The notes: generated from the sequence alone by a model not told the origin. Shown: positions 35,691-57,204, counted from the stretch's first letter. The stretch: DNA of 64,000 nt from the human T2T-CHM13v2.0 reference genome, Homo sapiens (GCF_009914755.1 NC_060939.1), one strand, 5' to 3'. Numbers and translations: made by a program.

Positions 35691-36753
35691 AGACATCTAG
35701 TTTAACATGGCAGAAAAAAATTGAGACATTTAGCTCTATTTATTTCCAAAACCCCACTGAAAGGACAAAGGAAACAAGAAAGGACAAAGAGAACAGGTGA
35801 GGAAACAGTAGACTAGAGATGTCAACATTTTGGAAGATGAGAATTGAATAAACAAATGGTAAATGACTTAGCAAAACTAAGCCATCCAGCAGAAAAGGAA
35901 TCTAAACACAGAATTACCTAATATCATGACAAATTTTTTAATTGTTGGACTTGAGGAAAAAAAATTAATGAAAGGTATATTGATAACTAAGAATTTTTTT
36001 TAAAAATCAAGTATCAGCAATTTTTAATTCTGAGGGAAGGAATGATGGAGTCATACTAAAAAGGAAATACAGTAACAGTGCTCTCATAGATTGGTTGTAA
36101 ACAATACTTCCACAGCCATAAAGCTGTAAATGTAAAAAAATTATTGAACCAAAAAATATGACATAAGTATATTGGGAGAATATGGGCAAGGTATGTACGT
36201 CATTAGGGATGGCATCTGTGAGACAATCAATAACAACATCTAATCTTGAAAAAATTACGAAATAATATTTAGAAATAAGGAGGTATCTAGACGACATGGA
36301 TAAAATAATTGAACCACTTGCCTATAGGATTCAGAACTTTAGAATCTATGTAACCTAGTTATTGGAATTAAAGATAAATTATAAAAAATATTACATGATA
36401 CTTTATAAAGTTATATATATATATGTGTGTATGTGTGTGTGTGTTTGTGTGCATGTGTATATATATATATTTCCTCTTGTCCTAGTAACCCCAACATAGA
36501 AAAAAAAAATTGAATCAATCCAGCATCACCTGCTCTTTGAAAGCCCACAACAGCTGGCAGTAAGCTCCACTTTCTTTGACAAAAGCTTTGCCGCCTTCTG
36601 GAAAAGTAGGCCATAAGTTCAGACAGTTTTTTCCTTAGGATGCATGATGACATCATGTAAATACTGCTTCTGAATCACCCTCATAAACACATCTTTCTAT
36701 AAACTTCTGTTGCCCATAACCATCCTACTTTCATAGTCCTCCTCAAAAATTGT

Positions 36754-37058
36754 GGCCAGACATGGTGGCTCATGCCTGTAATCCCAGGACTTTGGGAAGC
36801 CAAGGTGGGCAGATCACCTGATCTCAGGAGTTTGAGACCAGCCTGACCAACATGGCGAAACCCCATCTCCACTAAAAATACAAAAATTAGCCGGCCGTGG
36901 TGGTGCACGCCTGTAACCCCAGCCACTCCAGAGGCTGAGGCAAGGCACGAGAATCACTTGAACCCAGGAGATGAAGGCTGCAGCGAGCCGAGATTGCAAC
37001 ACTGCACTCCAGCCTGGGCGAACAAGTGAGACTCTGTATCAAAAAAAAAAAAAAAAAA
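36754..37058 (+). mobile_element. Alu
   Basis: Dimer plus tail. Confidence 0.94.
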
Positions 37059-37419
37059 TTCCGGAATTGTTTGGCAAGCCTGGAAATTTTACCATTACAT
37101 TCTTCTGGTTAACCATTCAAGATGTCAATGCATAATCTTGCAAGTATTGTATCTGTGACACTTCTAAAATTACCATATTAATGCAATGCAGACTGTGTGT
37201 CACCTAATGTGGTTAGAACTCTTCATTTCTACTTTATTTTGATGGATTATGCTATTGACAGAAATAATTCTTCTCCAAGATCTGTTAAAACTGCTTAACC
37301 TTAACAAATTGTGCTTAAGTTAAACTAGGGTGTAATTCCAAAAGAAATTTAAACTACGATACTACTACAAACAAGAATCTCATATACATTTGATATTCTT
37401 CCAAGAAAATTAAAATGCA

Positions 37420-38570
37420 CAACAAAAACAAAATAGACAAATGGGACTTAATTAAACTAAAAAGCATCTGCACAGCAAAAGAAATAAGAGAGTGAACAGA
37501 CAACCTGCTGAATGGGAGAAAATATTTGCAAACTGCATCTAACAGGAAACTAATATCCAATTACAAGGATATTATAGTATTTACAATACTAATTGTAAGA
37601 ATTTACAAGGAACTTAAACAAACAATAACAAAAAACCGTATAACCTCATCTAAAAGTGAGCAAAGGACATGAACATTTTTCAAATGAAGACATACAAATG
37701 ACTTCATTTGAATGACATTTGAATGACATACAAATGACCAAGAAGCATATGAAAAAACGCTCAAAAGAACTAATCAGCAGAGAGATGCAAATTAAAACCA
37801 CAATAAGATATAATTTTATACCAGTCAGAATGGCTATTATTATTATTTTTTGTTTTGTTGGTTTTTCCAATAAGCCTTTTACACTCCTAAGAATGGCTAT
37901 TATTAAAAAGTCAAAAAATAAAAGATGTTGGCATGGGTGCAGAGAAGAGAGAACACTTATACACTGTTGGCGGGAATGTAAATGAGTGCACCCTTTATGA
38001 AAAACAGTATGGAAGTTTCCCAAAAAACTAAAACCACCATTTGATCCTGCAATCTCACTAATGGGTACCTACCCAAAGGAAAAGAAATCATTACATCAAA
38101 AAGACACCTGCATATGTTATGTTTATCGCCAAAAATACGGAAACAAGTGTCCCTCATGGATGATTTTATATATATATATACACATACACATACACACACA
38201 CATTTTACACACACACACACACACAGGCAGACAGGCAATGAACTACTATTCCGCCCTTAAAAAAATAATAAAATTTCACGTTTTTTGCAGCAACATGGAT
38301 GGAACTGCAGGCCATTAACTTAAGTGAAACAACTCAGAAACAGAAAATCAAAAAATGCATGCTTTCACTTATAAGTGGGAGCTAAATAATGTGTACACAT
38401 GGACACAGAGTGTGGAATAATAGACACTGAAGACTTAAAAGGGTGGGAAAGAGGTGAGAAATGAGAAATTATTTAATGGATACAATGCATATTATTCAGG
38501 TGATAGTTACACAAAAAAACCCAGACTTCACCATTAGGGAATATATCCACATAACAACAAAAAAATTAGA
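37420..38570 (+). mobile_element. L1MA/L1PB-like 3' fragment
   Basis: ORF 37719..37985 ([10 protein letters not shown]...[20 protein letters not shown]) plus L1 3'UTR. Confidence 0.88.
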
Positions 38571-38609
38571 ATGCATTTTATCTAAAGTTATAATTTAATT
38601 TAATTTAAT

Positions 38610-38874
38610 TCAATTAATTTATTTTTTTTGAGACAGAGTCTCGTTCTTGTCACCCAGACTAGAGTGCAATGGCACGATCTCAGCTCACCTCAGCCTCCCG
38701 AGTAGCTGGGATTACAGGCGCCCACAACCATGCCTGGCTAATTTTTGTATTTTCAGTAGAGACGGGGTTTCACCACGTTGGCCAGGCTGGTCTCCAACTC
38801 CTGACCTCAGATGATCTGTCTGCTTTGGCCTCCCAAAGTGCTGAGATTACAGGCGTGAGCCACCATGCCCAGCC
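38610..38874 (-). mobile_element. Alu with right-arm deletion
   Basis: CTCAGCTCA joined to CCTCAGCCTCCCG. Confidence 0.92.
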
Positions 38875-39164
38875 AAGACTCCTATTTTTAATCACTTAAG
38901 CAGAAGAATGACATGACTTCTAAAACTTGTTTTAGTTTGTTCCATCCACAGAACCTAAAAATTTGTAAATTTATAAGAAAACTTTAACAAGGTTACAAAT
39001 ATATATCAATGTTTCTGGTTAATTAGGTGTTTGGCTGATACACTTTCATTTGTTTAAAATACCATGATTTTCTAAGAAACTATTAACTTAAAAGCAAAAA
39101 TTTGATTTTAAAATGGCTTCATTTTGAACTAGAGAAGAAATACCTTTAAATTATGTTACATTTT

Positions 39165-40814
<1,650 letters not shown>

Positions 40815-41499
40815 CTATCTACTTATTCTTGCAACTAAGAAAAACATCAGCAATTATTTGTACATTGAGGATGTATATTTTCTTAACTCTAGAGGAAAAT
40901 AATTTTATTTTAATGTTTACATGATTCTTTCCAGGCCTGATTCAGCAGAAGGCTCAAAACTTTAAAAATGAGAAAGTTCTCACAAGATTCCCCATGATTT
41001 TCAGTTAGTATCAATCTATAAAATCTGTTTTCATCCCATCATGTCCTCCTACCTACACAATCACTATCCATCAATTTTCCCTTCTGTCTTAAATCTTCAT
41101 AATTCTCCTTTCATTGAGGCAGTACACAAAAGACTCCACAGAAATAATCTTTCCATTGAAAATGAGCAAAGGCCACATAGAAATACTCTTTAAAAAAATA
41201 AGCAAATATGTGTAAGTATGTTTAACTTCACCTATGAACACATACACATTTAAGTAATACCATTTTCCCCTATCAGACTGTCATAGATGAAAAGATTCTT
41301 GATATTGTTTAAGATTTCTGAAGCACTGGAGGAAATAAGCACAAGGACACACATACACACAAAGTGAAACATCTTTTTGGAGGGCAAACTGACAATGTGT
41401 AACAAAATTGCAAACGTACATATCCTTTGACACAAAAAGTACGCTTCCAGGATGTAGTCTAAGAAATTAAACCAACTTTAAATACAAGGAGATCGAGTA

Positions 41500-41789
41500 G
41501 ACCAGTGCCAGTCCGTGGCCCTGTTAGGAACCAGGCTGCATGGCAGGAGGTGAGCAGTGGGTAAGCAAGCATTACCACCTGAGTGCCACCTGAAAGATCA
41601 GTGGCAGCATTAGATTCTCACAGGAGTGCAAACCCTATTACTGTGCATGTGAGGGATCTAGCCTACATCTAATACTTGATGATCTAGGGTGGAACAGTTT
41701 CATCCTGAAACCATCCTCCACCCCTGGTACATGGAAAAATTGTCTTCCATGAAATGGGTCCCTGGTGCCAAAAAAGTTGGGGACTGCAG
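41500..41789 (+). mobile_element. MER1B-like hAT-Charlie element
   Basis: CAGTCCGTGGCCCTGTTAGGAACCAGGCTGCA...GCATTAGATTCTCA...GGTCCCTGGTGCCAAAAAAGTTGGGGACTGC. Confidence 0.85.
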
Positions 41790-41886
41790 GAGTACTGTAT
41801 TAATTATAGTATTAAAATACAAAATAATTTTTGTGTATATTGATAATGGCTAAATTGAATACTATAGAAATATTTAAAATTGATGA

Positions 41887-42235
<349 letters not shown>

Positions 42236-42470
42236 TAAGAGGAAGCTTAGAGCACAATTTGATTGCATTTCTAAAATATGTCCTAATACACATTTTTGAG
42301 CTGTAGAAAATTAAACCATCATTACTGGTTATCTCCACAGACACCTCTAAAGTAGAATTAAAAAAAAATTTTAAGCAATAAGTGTATTTTCTTTTTAAAA
42401 AAATTTGCTTTAATGAAATTGTTTTGCTTTGATTACTACTTTTTGCTGATTACAAAATACACATGGCTCA

Positions 42471-42925
<455 letters not shown>

Positions 42926-43085
42926 AGTTTGGTGTGATTTCTTAATCCCTATCTCAAGCCTAACTTTCTAAGTCTCAGATATGCATTTCTGCATATGTGT
43001 CACCCAGTCCTCAAATATTCACAAACTCTATCTTACCTGCCTTCCCAACCACTCTCCCTAGTCCTATATTTACTATCTCAATTAA

Positions 43086-43212
43086 CTCATTTATGCCTAG
43101 TGTTCCATTATTGGAACGCTAGGCTGGTGGGAGTTATTTATATACACTGCTCGAGGTCATCACCAAGGTCTGATTTTTCACAAAAAAATTTGCAGCTTCC
43201 GGCATAAATGGG
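43086..43212 (+). mobile_element. MER85 piggyBac MITE (PGBD3-derived)
   Basis: TTAA|CTCATTTATGCC...GGCATAAATGGG|TTTA terminal inverted repeats; internal palindrome GTTCCATTATTGGAAC. Confidence 0.88.
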
Positions 43213-43986
43213 TTTACATCTTCCTCATTTATAAGGTCTCTTCAAGCTGGCACATTTAGTCATCTTTGACTTCTTCCCATCAAATAATTAGTGACTAAAT
43301 CCTGCCTAAAGTCTATGTCTAAAATTTCTAATTTACCCTGTCCTCTCTCCATCTCACTTCCATTTTCAGAGCTAAGACCAAAGGCCCTGCTACTTCTGAC
43401 CTGGACAATTCAGCCTTTCTTGAGTACCCATTACATACCACACACAGTGAAAGGAATTAGAATATGAGGACTAAAAAGCAAAGTAATACCCTTACACCTA
43501 TCTTGGGAGAGAGAAATGGAAGAATAAAGTACAACATGATAAGTATTACAATTAGAGCAAAATCTACAAGATGTCAACTTCTTTCCTATTTGATCTAATC
43601 TTACAATACAACCCGAATTCTCTTTCTGGAATATAAACTAGATTATGTCACTCTGTTGTAAAACTCCTGATGATTCGACCCCATTGCCTACAGGATAAAG
43701 TCCAAATGCTTTAATATATGCAAACACTTCACAATTTCGTCCCAACTTACCTAAAAGCTTCATTCTATTACTTTTCTTTCACTTCACATCCTATGACCCA
43801 GTCATGTATAACTAAATGCTGCTGTGATATGCTGGGCACTTGCACAGTATCTAGTGATTGTGTATCCTGCACAAGCTCTTCTTCCTTATGTCTACCAGCA
43901 GAAATCCTGTCCTATCATCAAATCATACCTCCTCTTTGAAGCCTTTATTAACCTTCTCTGCCAATGTAGTTTCCATACAATCTGGT

Positions 43987-44282
43987 TTTTTGTTTGTTTG
44001 AGACACGGTCTCACTCTGTCGCCCAGGCTGGAGTGCAGTGATGTGATCTTGGCTCATGGTAGCATCAGGCTCCCAGGCTCAAGCCATCCTCCCATCTCAG
44101 CCTCCCAAGTAGCTAGGACTACAGGTGCATACCACCACACCCAGCTAATTTTTGTATTTTTTGTAGAGACGAGGTTTTGCCACGTTGCTCATGTTGGTAT
44201 TGAAATCCTAAGCTCAAGTCATCTGCCTGCCTTGGCCTCCCAAAGTGCTGGGATTACAGGCATAAGCCACTACACCCAGCCC
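43987..44282 (-). mobile_element. Alu (J-like)
   Basis: Antisense dimer. Confidence 0.93.
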
Positions 44283-44443
44283 CCAATCTGCTATATTATC
44301 ACTTTGTATTGCAATTTGTTTTTCTCTGTCTACCACTAGACTGTGGTATTTGTAGAGACAAAAACTATATCTTCTTATTTCTATCCTTCCCAGAGTCTAG
44401 TATCAGTAAATATTCAAGAAATAGTTGTTAAATGTATGATGAA

Positions 44444-47517
<3,074 letters not shown>

Positions 47518-47814
47518 TTAGACAGATTAATTTTGTCATTATTTTCCATCTCACCCATAAATTCATAATTGAAATAGAAAATCCATTGCCTTAGTTGGGA
47601 AATAAAATTGCCTAACTTCTCCTTGGAGTTCTAACTTAATTCTAATGCTGGAAACTCCAGGAAGAAACGCAAACAAATTATCTTTTGGAAAATTTCTCCA
47701 AACAGGATGTACTGTATATCCTTGCAGACTAAGCCTGGGTATTACTGAGTAAGGATTTACTCTTTTCTTTTCAGGGGCAGAGTCTGAATTAAACCAAGGC
47801 CTTATGTCCTTCTT

Positions 47815-47950
47815 AAAAGACCAACAGCATCTGCATCACCTGGAATTTGTAAAAATATGCAGAATTTGGGGCTCCACCTCAGACATCCTAAATCAGAGTC
47901 TGCATTTTACTGATATCTGTATGCAACTCTATGTTCATCAGAAAATCTCA
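47815..47950. mobile_element. MER5A-like fragment
   Basis: CAGCATCTGCATCACCTGGAATTTGTAAAAATATGCAGAATT...AATCAGAGTCTGCATTTTA. Confidence 0.7.
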
Positions 47951-48179
47951 GAACTGGTAGAAAACTTAAAAGCCCATCGCACACACATAAAGAGAGATGA
48001 GCCTTGGATAACAAATAATTGATAATGACTATAGTGCCCCTTCACAAATTATTTCTTAACAACAGGTTCTCCTTAAGAAAAATTTCTTGTAAAACTATAA
48101 ACGGCTTGTCTTGAAACACACCAAAGCTTATCATAGGTATTGTTGTTAGTAGAAGTCACTGACATAACCAAGTGCTTAC

Positions 48180-48360
48180 CTAATCTGAGCTCTCCGAAGT
48201 TCCCACATCCTATCTTCTTGCCAACCCTGAAGTTGGGTCCCACCATAAGAACCCCAGAGGACGATGAGGAGCCAGATGGTCGAGAGCAGTGTGCACTCCT
48301 TTGTGCCATGGGTTTAGTTGTCCGTTGTCTTTCATCCTTTTCCCTACTAGGATGGTCCAT
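48180..48360 (-). CDS. CSNK1G1: Casein kinase I gamma 1, first coding exon (aa 1-60 + 1 nt)
   Basis: [60 protein letters not shown], with the CK1 Gly-rich loop IGCGNFG. ATG in ATCATGG context; donor TAG|GTAAGC at 48180/48179 (phase 1). Confidence 0.97.
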
Positions 48361-48452
48361 GATCCTACAGGACAGAGTCTCCTATAGTACAGCAAGTAGC
48401 TTCAGTATGTATACCTCTCTTCAATACAAAAGTATGTCCAAATAAATTGTAG

Positions 48453-48485
48453 TCAGAGAAAGGTAAGGAGTTCTTTTAGCACCAT
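48453..48485 (-). promoter_or_regulatory. uORF3 (MVLKELLTFL*), strong Kozak context
   Basis: AAT ATG G (-3A, +4G)...CTC TGA; overlaps the end of uORF2. Confidence 0.6.
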
Positions 48486-48523
48486 ATTTGTTTGTAATGT
48501 ATCTCCGGGAGATGAAAAACCAT
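48476..48523 (-). promoter_or_regulatory. uORF2 (MVFHLPEIHYKQIWC*)
   Basis: TAA ATG G...TGC TAA, read from the reverse complement. Confidence 0.6.
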
Positions 48524-48564
48524 TTATTTGTTCCCGTAGGAAATGTAGTCACTAGGTCTCAATC

Positions 48565-48576
48565 TTAGGTGAACAT
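48565..48576 (-). promoter_or_regulatory. uORF1 (MFT*)
   Basis: AAG ATG TTC ACC TAA; same frame as the main ORF. Confidence 0.6.
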
Positions 48577-49465
48577 CTTGTAACCTAGGTAAAAATCAAG
48601 AAAACATGTAGTTAAAAATTAAATTTTGAAACAAATTCAGAAAGTCACTACCAATTAGAATGAATCCTATCCAAAGGTGAGCAAAATGCATAGCTTCTGA
48701 AATGGGTTTTGGTTTTCTATCCTCCAATAGTTTAACCATCTGGATTAGTTATTCACATAGTATCATAAGCTCAGTAGGCTGCAAACCATAGAAGCTACGG
48801 AAACACACAAGCCTTTAATATAGAATGCTTTCTTCTAGTAATGTATCTATGACCAAAAAGAAAGACAATTGTTTTTCATCACTGGCTAACAGAAATACAT
48901 AGCAGTGCTAAAATCAAGTTAAAGAAACTGAGGATGATTTAATTTTAAGCTCTTCCTTTTAATTTCGCCAAAACTTATAAGAAATTAGACTATTCACTCC
49001 CCCATTCCCCTATCCAAGCATTTACCAAGCACTAGCAAGAATTATGTAATCTTCAGTTACCAATCAACACAGACAACCTCTATGAAGGAACTTCCAAAAC
49101 TCTATTGGTATTAAGTAGTCCTAAAGTTCTGAAAAGCTAAACTTTTGGTGGTTTTTGCTGTATGCTGAGTATGCAATGACAGAGTGCCAAAAAGAGATCC
49201 TTTGCAGAACCCCAAAGTGAAAATAAAGCAAAAAAAAAAAAAAATCTTAAGCGTAACATTCATCTCTACCAGAATTCTGCAGTGTCCAAATTCAGGACTG
49301 AGCCCAACACAAATGTTTGCAATGAGATAATTTTGATGCTATATTTGATTATCCATGTGAGTATTCTTAACAAAAAAAAAAATACTGCTATCACCAATCA
49401 CATACTAAACACACACTTATATTTCACTTTCATAAATGTTTTCCTTAAAACTTAAGTGAAAAGAA

Positions 49466-49775
<310 letters not shown>

Positions 49776-49939
49776 TTAAGAGAATTAGAACAAATGTCAA
49801 ATGTTTGGTTATTATCACCAATTATACAACAAAGCAAAGACACCTATACTCTAAACTTCCTGAGGACCTGTAATTCCCTACTAAAGTAACAGGTAAAAAG
49901 CTGTCAGCTGACTGTACAAGTGGGCACATAATCCAATAA

Positions 49940-50276
<337 letters not shown>

Positions 50277-50942
50277 TAGTTTAAATAAACTGCTTTTCAT
50301 TTTTGTTTTCTTTGCTTTACAATAGATTTACATTTATAATGTATATTCTGTAAAGGAAAAAAAAATCAAAGCGATCAAAGGAGGTCAGCAACTACTGAAC
50401 TTCCTACATGAACAACATTAAGAATTCATATTTCCTCATTGTTTCTCCTATTTTCAAGTATATCCACTATCCCGGTTATCCTTGTCTTTTGCCTAAATCC
50501 CTCAAATGATATTAGAAAGAAAGAGAAAAAAATATCATAATTGTTGGGAGTATGTCTATACGTGAGACTGTCAACTATACTTCCTTCCATTATAAGTTAA
50601 TATGAGGACAGAGGCAGAATGTGTCTTGGCCCAATTCAGTCAATTTATAAGTATTCAATGAACTCACACATTTTCAAAAATTATCACTACAATAGCCTCA
50701 TTTATAAAGATTTGGAAACTATATTACATTGCCTATTTCTCTTCATATTTTTCATTTTTGCTCACTGTTTTTTCCAACAGATGGATGTTATTTTTATAAT
50801 ACTTTGCACTAATTTCTTCCATTGCACTTAGACTAGTATAACATTAGATGGAATAATCACACATAGCCCTCATTATCCATGTTTACTTACATGTATGTAT
50901 TAGAAGAACACACAGTATTTGTCAGGTTAAAAACCCATAGAA

Positions 50943-52299
<1,357 letters not shown>

Positions 52300-53289
52300 T
52301 TATGTGGCATCTCTCACTTAAGAAATTAAAGTTACTAAGTTTTTTAAAATCCTGTTTCTTTATCACTCTCAATTACAACTGCTCAATTATAAACTGCTCA
52401 ATTACAAACTCTTTGGCTTATCATTTGAACTCTACTTAAATTCATGTAAAACAGTATATGGGAGGTTACATGAAGTCTAAAAGAAAATTAAGTCATATTA
52501 TAAAAGCATCAAAAAAAGTTTCACTAATTTACTGTTTGTATATTTCAGATTCTCATATATTGGCTTTATCAAAAGTGAGGTACATAAATATTTAAATTTC
52601 AAAGTCAAAACACCCTGGGTTTTTGTTAATAATCAAAAGAGAGATTGCCAGGCTTCTAAATCTCTCTTCTTACACAACTTATGATGAAATTGTTTATAGG
52701 TATAGGACTGCTGGATCATATGGTAAGTGTATGAGAAACTCAAAAGCAAACCAGGCTCTTTCTGATCTACTACTTCTTCATCCACCACACATTGCTTTTG
52801 GTCCTCATGCTTGCTGTTTCTTGGTCACAAGTTTCGGCTTCAGGCATCACTTCCCATCCTACTGTCCAAAACAGAAATAATAGGGCAAAACCAAAAATCT
52901 TTCTCCTTATAAGTCTTTTTTTTTAAAATTATGTTGGTCAACGATAAAAATTCTTCTAAGAAACACCCCAACAAATTTCCCCTTCTGTTGGGTTGCCACT
53001 GGTTTTTGTACCAACATCTGTCATTCCAATTGTAAGCTTTTCAAAGAATGAGATAAAACCCTAACCTGATGTTTAAAACACAGGGTAAATTTCAAGAGCA
53101 GTATCATACCCAGAATAAGTATTTAGCAAACATTAAGCAAAAATGATATCTGTGTGCTCCAGTGCACACATGAATGTGTGTTTATAAAACTATCAATAAC
53201 TATAGGACAAATTAAAAGACACTGTAGGACAATTTGAGTACCAATACAAGGCTTGAAATGCATTTAAGCTAAAACAAAACAAAACAAAA

Positions 53290-53588
53290 GGCCAGGTGCA
53301 GTGACTCACATCTGTAATCCTAGTGTGTTGGGAGGCCACAGTGGGGAGAATCACTTGAGCCCAGGAGTTCAAGAACAGCCTGGGCAACAAAACGAGATCC
53401 TGTCTCTACAAAATAAAAATAAAAATTGGCCGGGCAAGGTGGTATACACCTATGGAACCAGCTACTCAGGAGGCAGAACTGGGAGGATTGTTTGAGCCCA
53501 GGAGTTCAAGGTTGCAGTGCGCTATGATAGTGCCAGTATGACCCTGTCTCCAAAAAAAAAAAAACAAAAACAAAAACAAAAAAAAAAC
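53290..53588 (+). mobile_element. Alu (J-like)
   Basis: Diverged dimer. Confidence 0.9.
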
Positions 53589-53589
53589 T

Positions 53590-55215
53590 TACTATAAAGC
53601 TACAGTACTCAAGACAGTGTGATATTGCAAAAAAAAAAAAAACACAAATAAATCAATGGAACAGAATGGAAAGCCCAGAAATAGATTCACACAAATATAT
53701 TCATACCAATCTTTGACAAAGGAGCAAAGGCAATTCAATGGAGAAAGGATAGTCTTTTTAACAAATGGTGCTAGAACAATTAGACATATATTTGCAAATA
53801 AAGAAAAATAATCTAGATACAGACCTTACATCTTTCGCAAAAATAAAATCAAAATGGATCACAACCTAAATGTAAAACACAAAATGATAAAACTCCTACT
53901 ATATGCCATAGGAAAAAATCTAAATGACTTCGGGTTTGACAATGACTTCTTAGATATACCAACAAAAGCATGATCAATGAAAGAAGAAATTGTTAAGTTT
54001 AACTTCACTAAAACTAAAAACTTCTGCTCTGGGGAAGGCACTGCTAAGAGAATGAAAAGATAAGCCACTGATTAGGAGAAAATATTTACAAAACACTTAA
54101 CTTGTTAGAGGCCTGTTATCTAAAATATACAACACTCTTAAAACTCAACAATCAGAAAACAACCCAGTTAAAATATGAGCAAAATATTTGAATCAGACGT
54201 CTCTTCAAAGAAGATATACGGATGGCAAATACATATATGAAAATATACTCAATACCATATGTCAGAAGGGAATTGCAAATTAAAACAATGATACCACTAT
54301 ACACTTATTAGAATAGTGAAAATCCAAAACACTGACAACATCAAATGCTAAGGAAGATATGGAGCAATAGGAACTCTCATTCACTGCTGGTGAGAATGCA
54401 AAATGGTACGGCTATTTTGGAAGAAAGTTTGGCAGTTTCTTATGTAACTAAACATACTCTTACCTATGACCCAGCACATTGCTTGGTATTGACCCAAATG
54501 AAATGAAAACTTAAGTCCACACAAAAACCACCACCTAAACGTTTACAGCAGCTTCATTTGTAGTTGTCAAAAAATGAAAACACTAAGATTTCCTTCAATA
54601 GGTGAATGAATAAACAAATTTGTGGTATAGCCATGCAATGGAATATCATTCAGCAATAAAAGGAAATGAATTATTGAAAGCTACAAAAAGACATAGAAGA
54701 ACCTAAAATGCATATTGCTAAGTGAAAGAAATCCATTTGAAAAAGCTAAATACTACATTCCAAATTCATGACATTCTAGAAAAATCCTAACTATGGAGAT
54801 GGTAAAAAGATCAATGGTTGCCAGATATTGTGGGTGGGGAGGGGGGCGGGTGAACAGGTGGAGCCCAGGGGATTTTTAGAGCAGGAAAACTATTCTGTAT
54901 GATACCATAATGGTAGATGCATGTCATTATACATTTGTCCAAATCCATAGAATGTATAATACAAATAGTGTAATACATTCTATCTAATGTAAACTACCGA
55001 CTTTAGTTAATAACGTGTCAATATTGGTTCGTTAACTACTACAAATGTAGCATAGTAATGCAAGACATTAATAATAGGGGAAAACGGGGGTGGAGGAGTG
55101 TTGGGGGATATAGGGGAACTCTGTACTCTCCACTCCATTTCTCTGTAAACCTAAAACTGTACCCAAAAAATCTAAAAATAAAGCCTGTTAATTAAAGTAA
55201 TAATTCTATCTAAAA
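53590..55215 (+). mobile_element. L1MC-like ORF2 end and 3'UTR
   Basis: CAATGGAACAGAAT...CCCAGAAATAGA, TTCAATGGAGAAAGGATAGTCTTTT, and 3'UTR TCATTATACATTTGTCCAAA...CTAAAACTG. Confidence 0.85.
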
Positions 55216-55233
55216 AAAGCAACAAGAAACTTA

Positions 55234-55410
<177 letters not shown>

Positions 55411-55539
55411 GTATACACTACTGTATTTCATGTACATATATATATACATACACACCACAGTATATCTAATCTTCAGACTACATTTTAGTAGTACACTAAA
55501 GTACGGGGACTTATGAAACATCTTGTCAGCAACTTACTT

Positions 55540-56259
<720 letters not shown>

Positions 56260-56475
56260 TAGTTATATACACATTTTTAGAACAGCTGTTCATTATTAAA
56301 GTAAGGGAGCCAAAGCAAAATACAGTGGCACTTTGATTTTATTTGCCTTCCAGCTCTCTCACACTCATTTACTCTCATTGTACTCATTCTATGATTTCAT
56401 CAACCTCTGAGGACCCTCAACTCTCTAGCAGCCTCTTCCAGTCTTCCGACTTCCTTTAGGATAAAACAAAATCCT

Positions 56476-57169
<694 letters not shown>

Positions 57170-57204
<35 letters not shown>
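57170..57204. repeat. (AC)~17 microsatellite
   Basis: Direct reading. Confidence 0.95.

Larger units (their letters stand above)
42940..44440 (+). mobile_element. L2 fragments (host of MER85 and an Alu)
   Basis: CCCATTGCCTACAGGATAAAGTCCAAA...ATTCAAGAAATAGTTGTTAAATG. Confidence 0.6.
48361..48584 (-). other. CSNK1G1: 5'UTR portion (224 nt) of the CSNK1G1 first coding exon
   Basis: Acceptor TTTTCTTGATTTTTACCTAG|GTTAC at 48585/48584; unique non-repeat sequence contiguous with the ATG. Confidence 0.85.

Noticed and set aside
36480-37310. Protein-looking minus-strand frame across an Alu (…DVFMRVIQKQYLHDVIMHP…)
   Set aside because: About 7 stops in ~165 codons, near chance, and no family recognised; a tBLASTx/Dfam search would be needed.
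43086-43212. Possible small RNA (Y RNA/snRNA) gene
   Set aside because: TIRs and TTAA identify a piggyBac MITE.
48073-48179. ORF extension GKHLVMSVT…RNFS beyond the exon
   Set aside because: Read-through past a consensus GTAAGC donor; the true continuation is at 7095.
48140-48445. 101-aa plus-strand ORF
   Set aside because: Antisense shadow of the CSNK1G1 exon, with a non-ATG start.
54830-54850. G-quadruplex motif, also at ~61437-61470
   Set aside because: Ordinary G-rich tracts of L1 3'UTRs.
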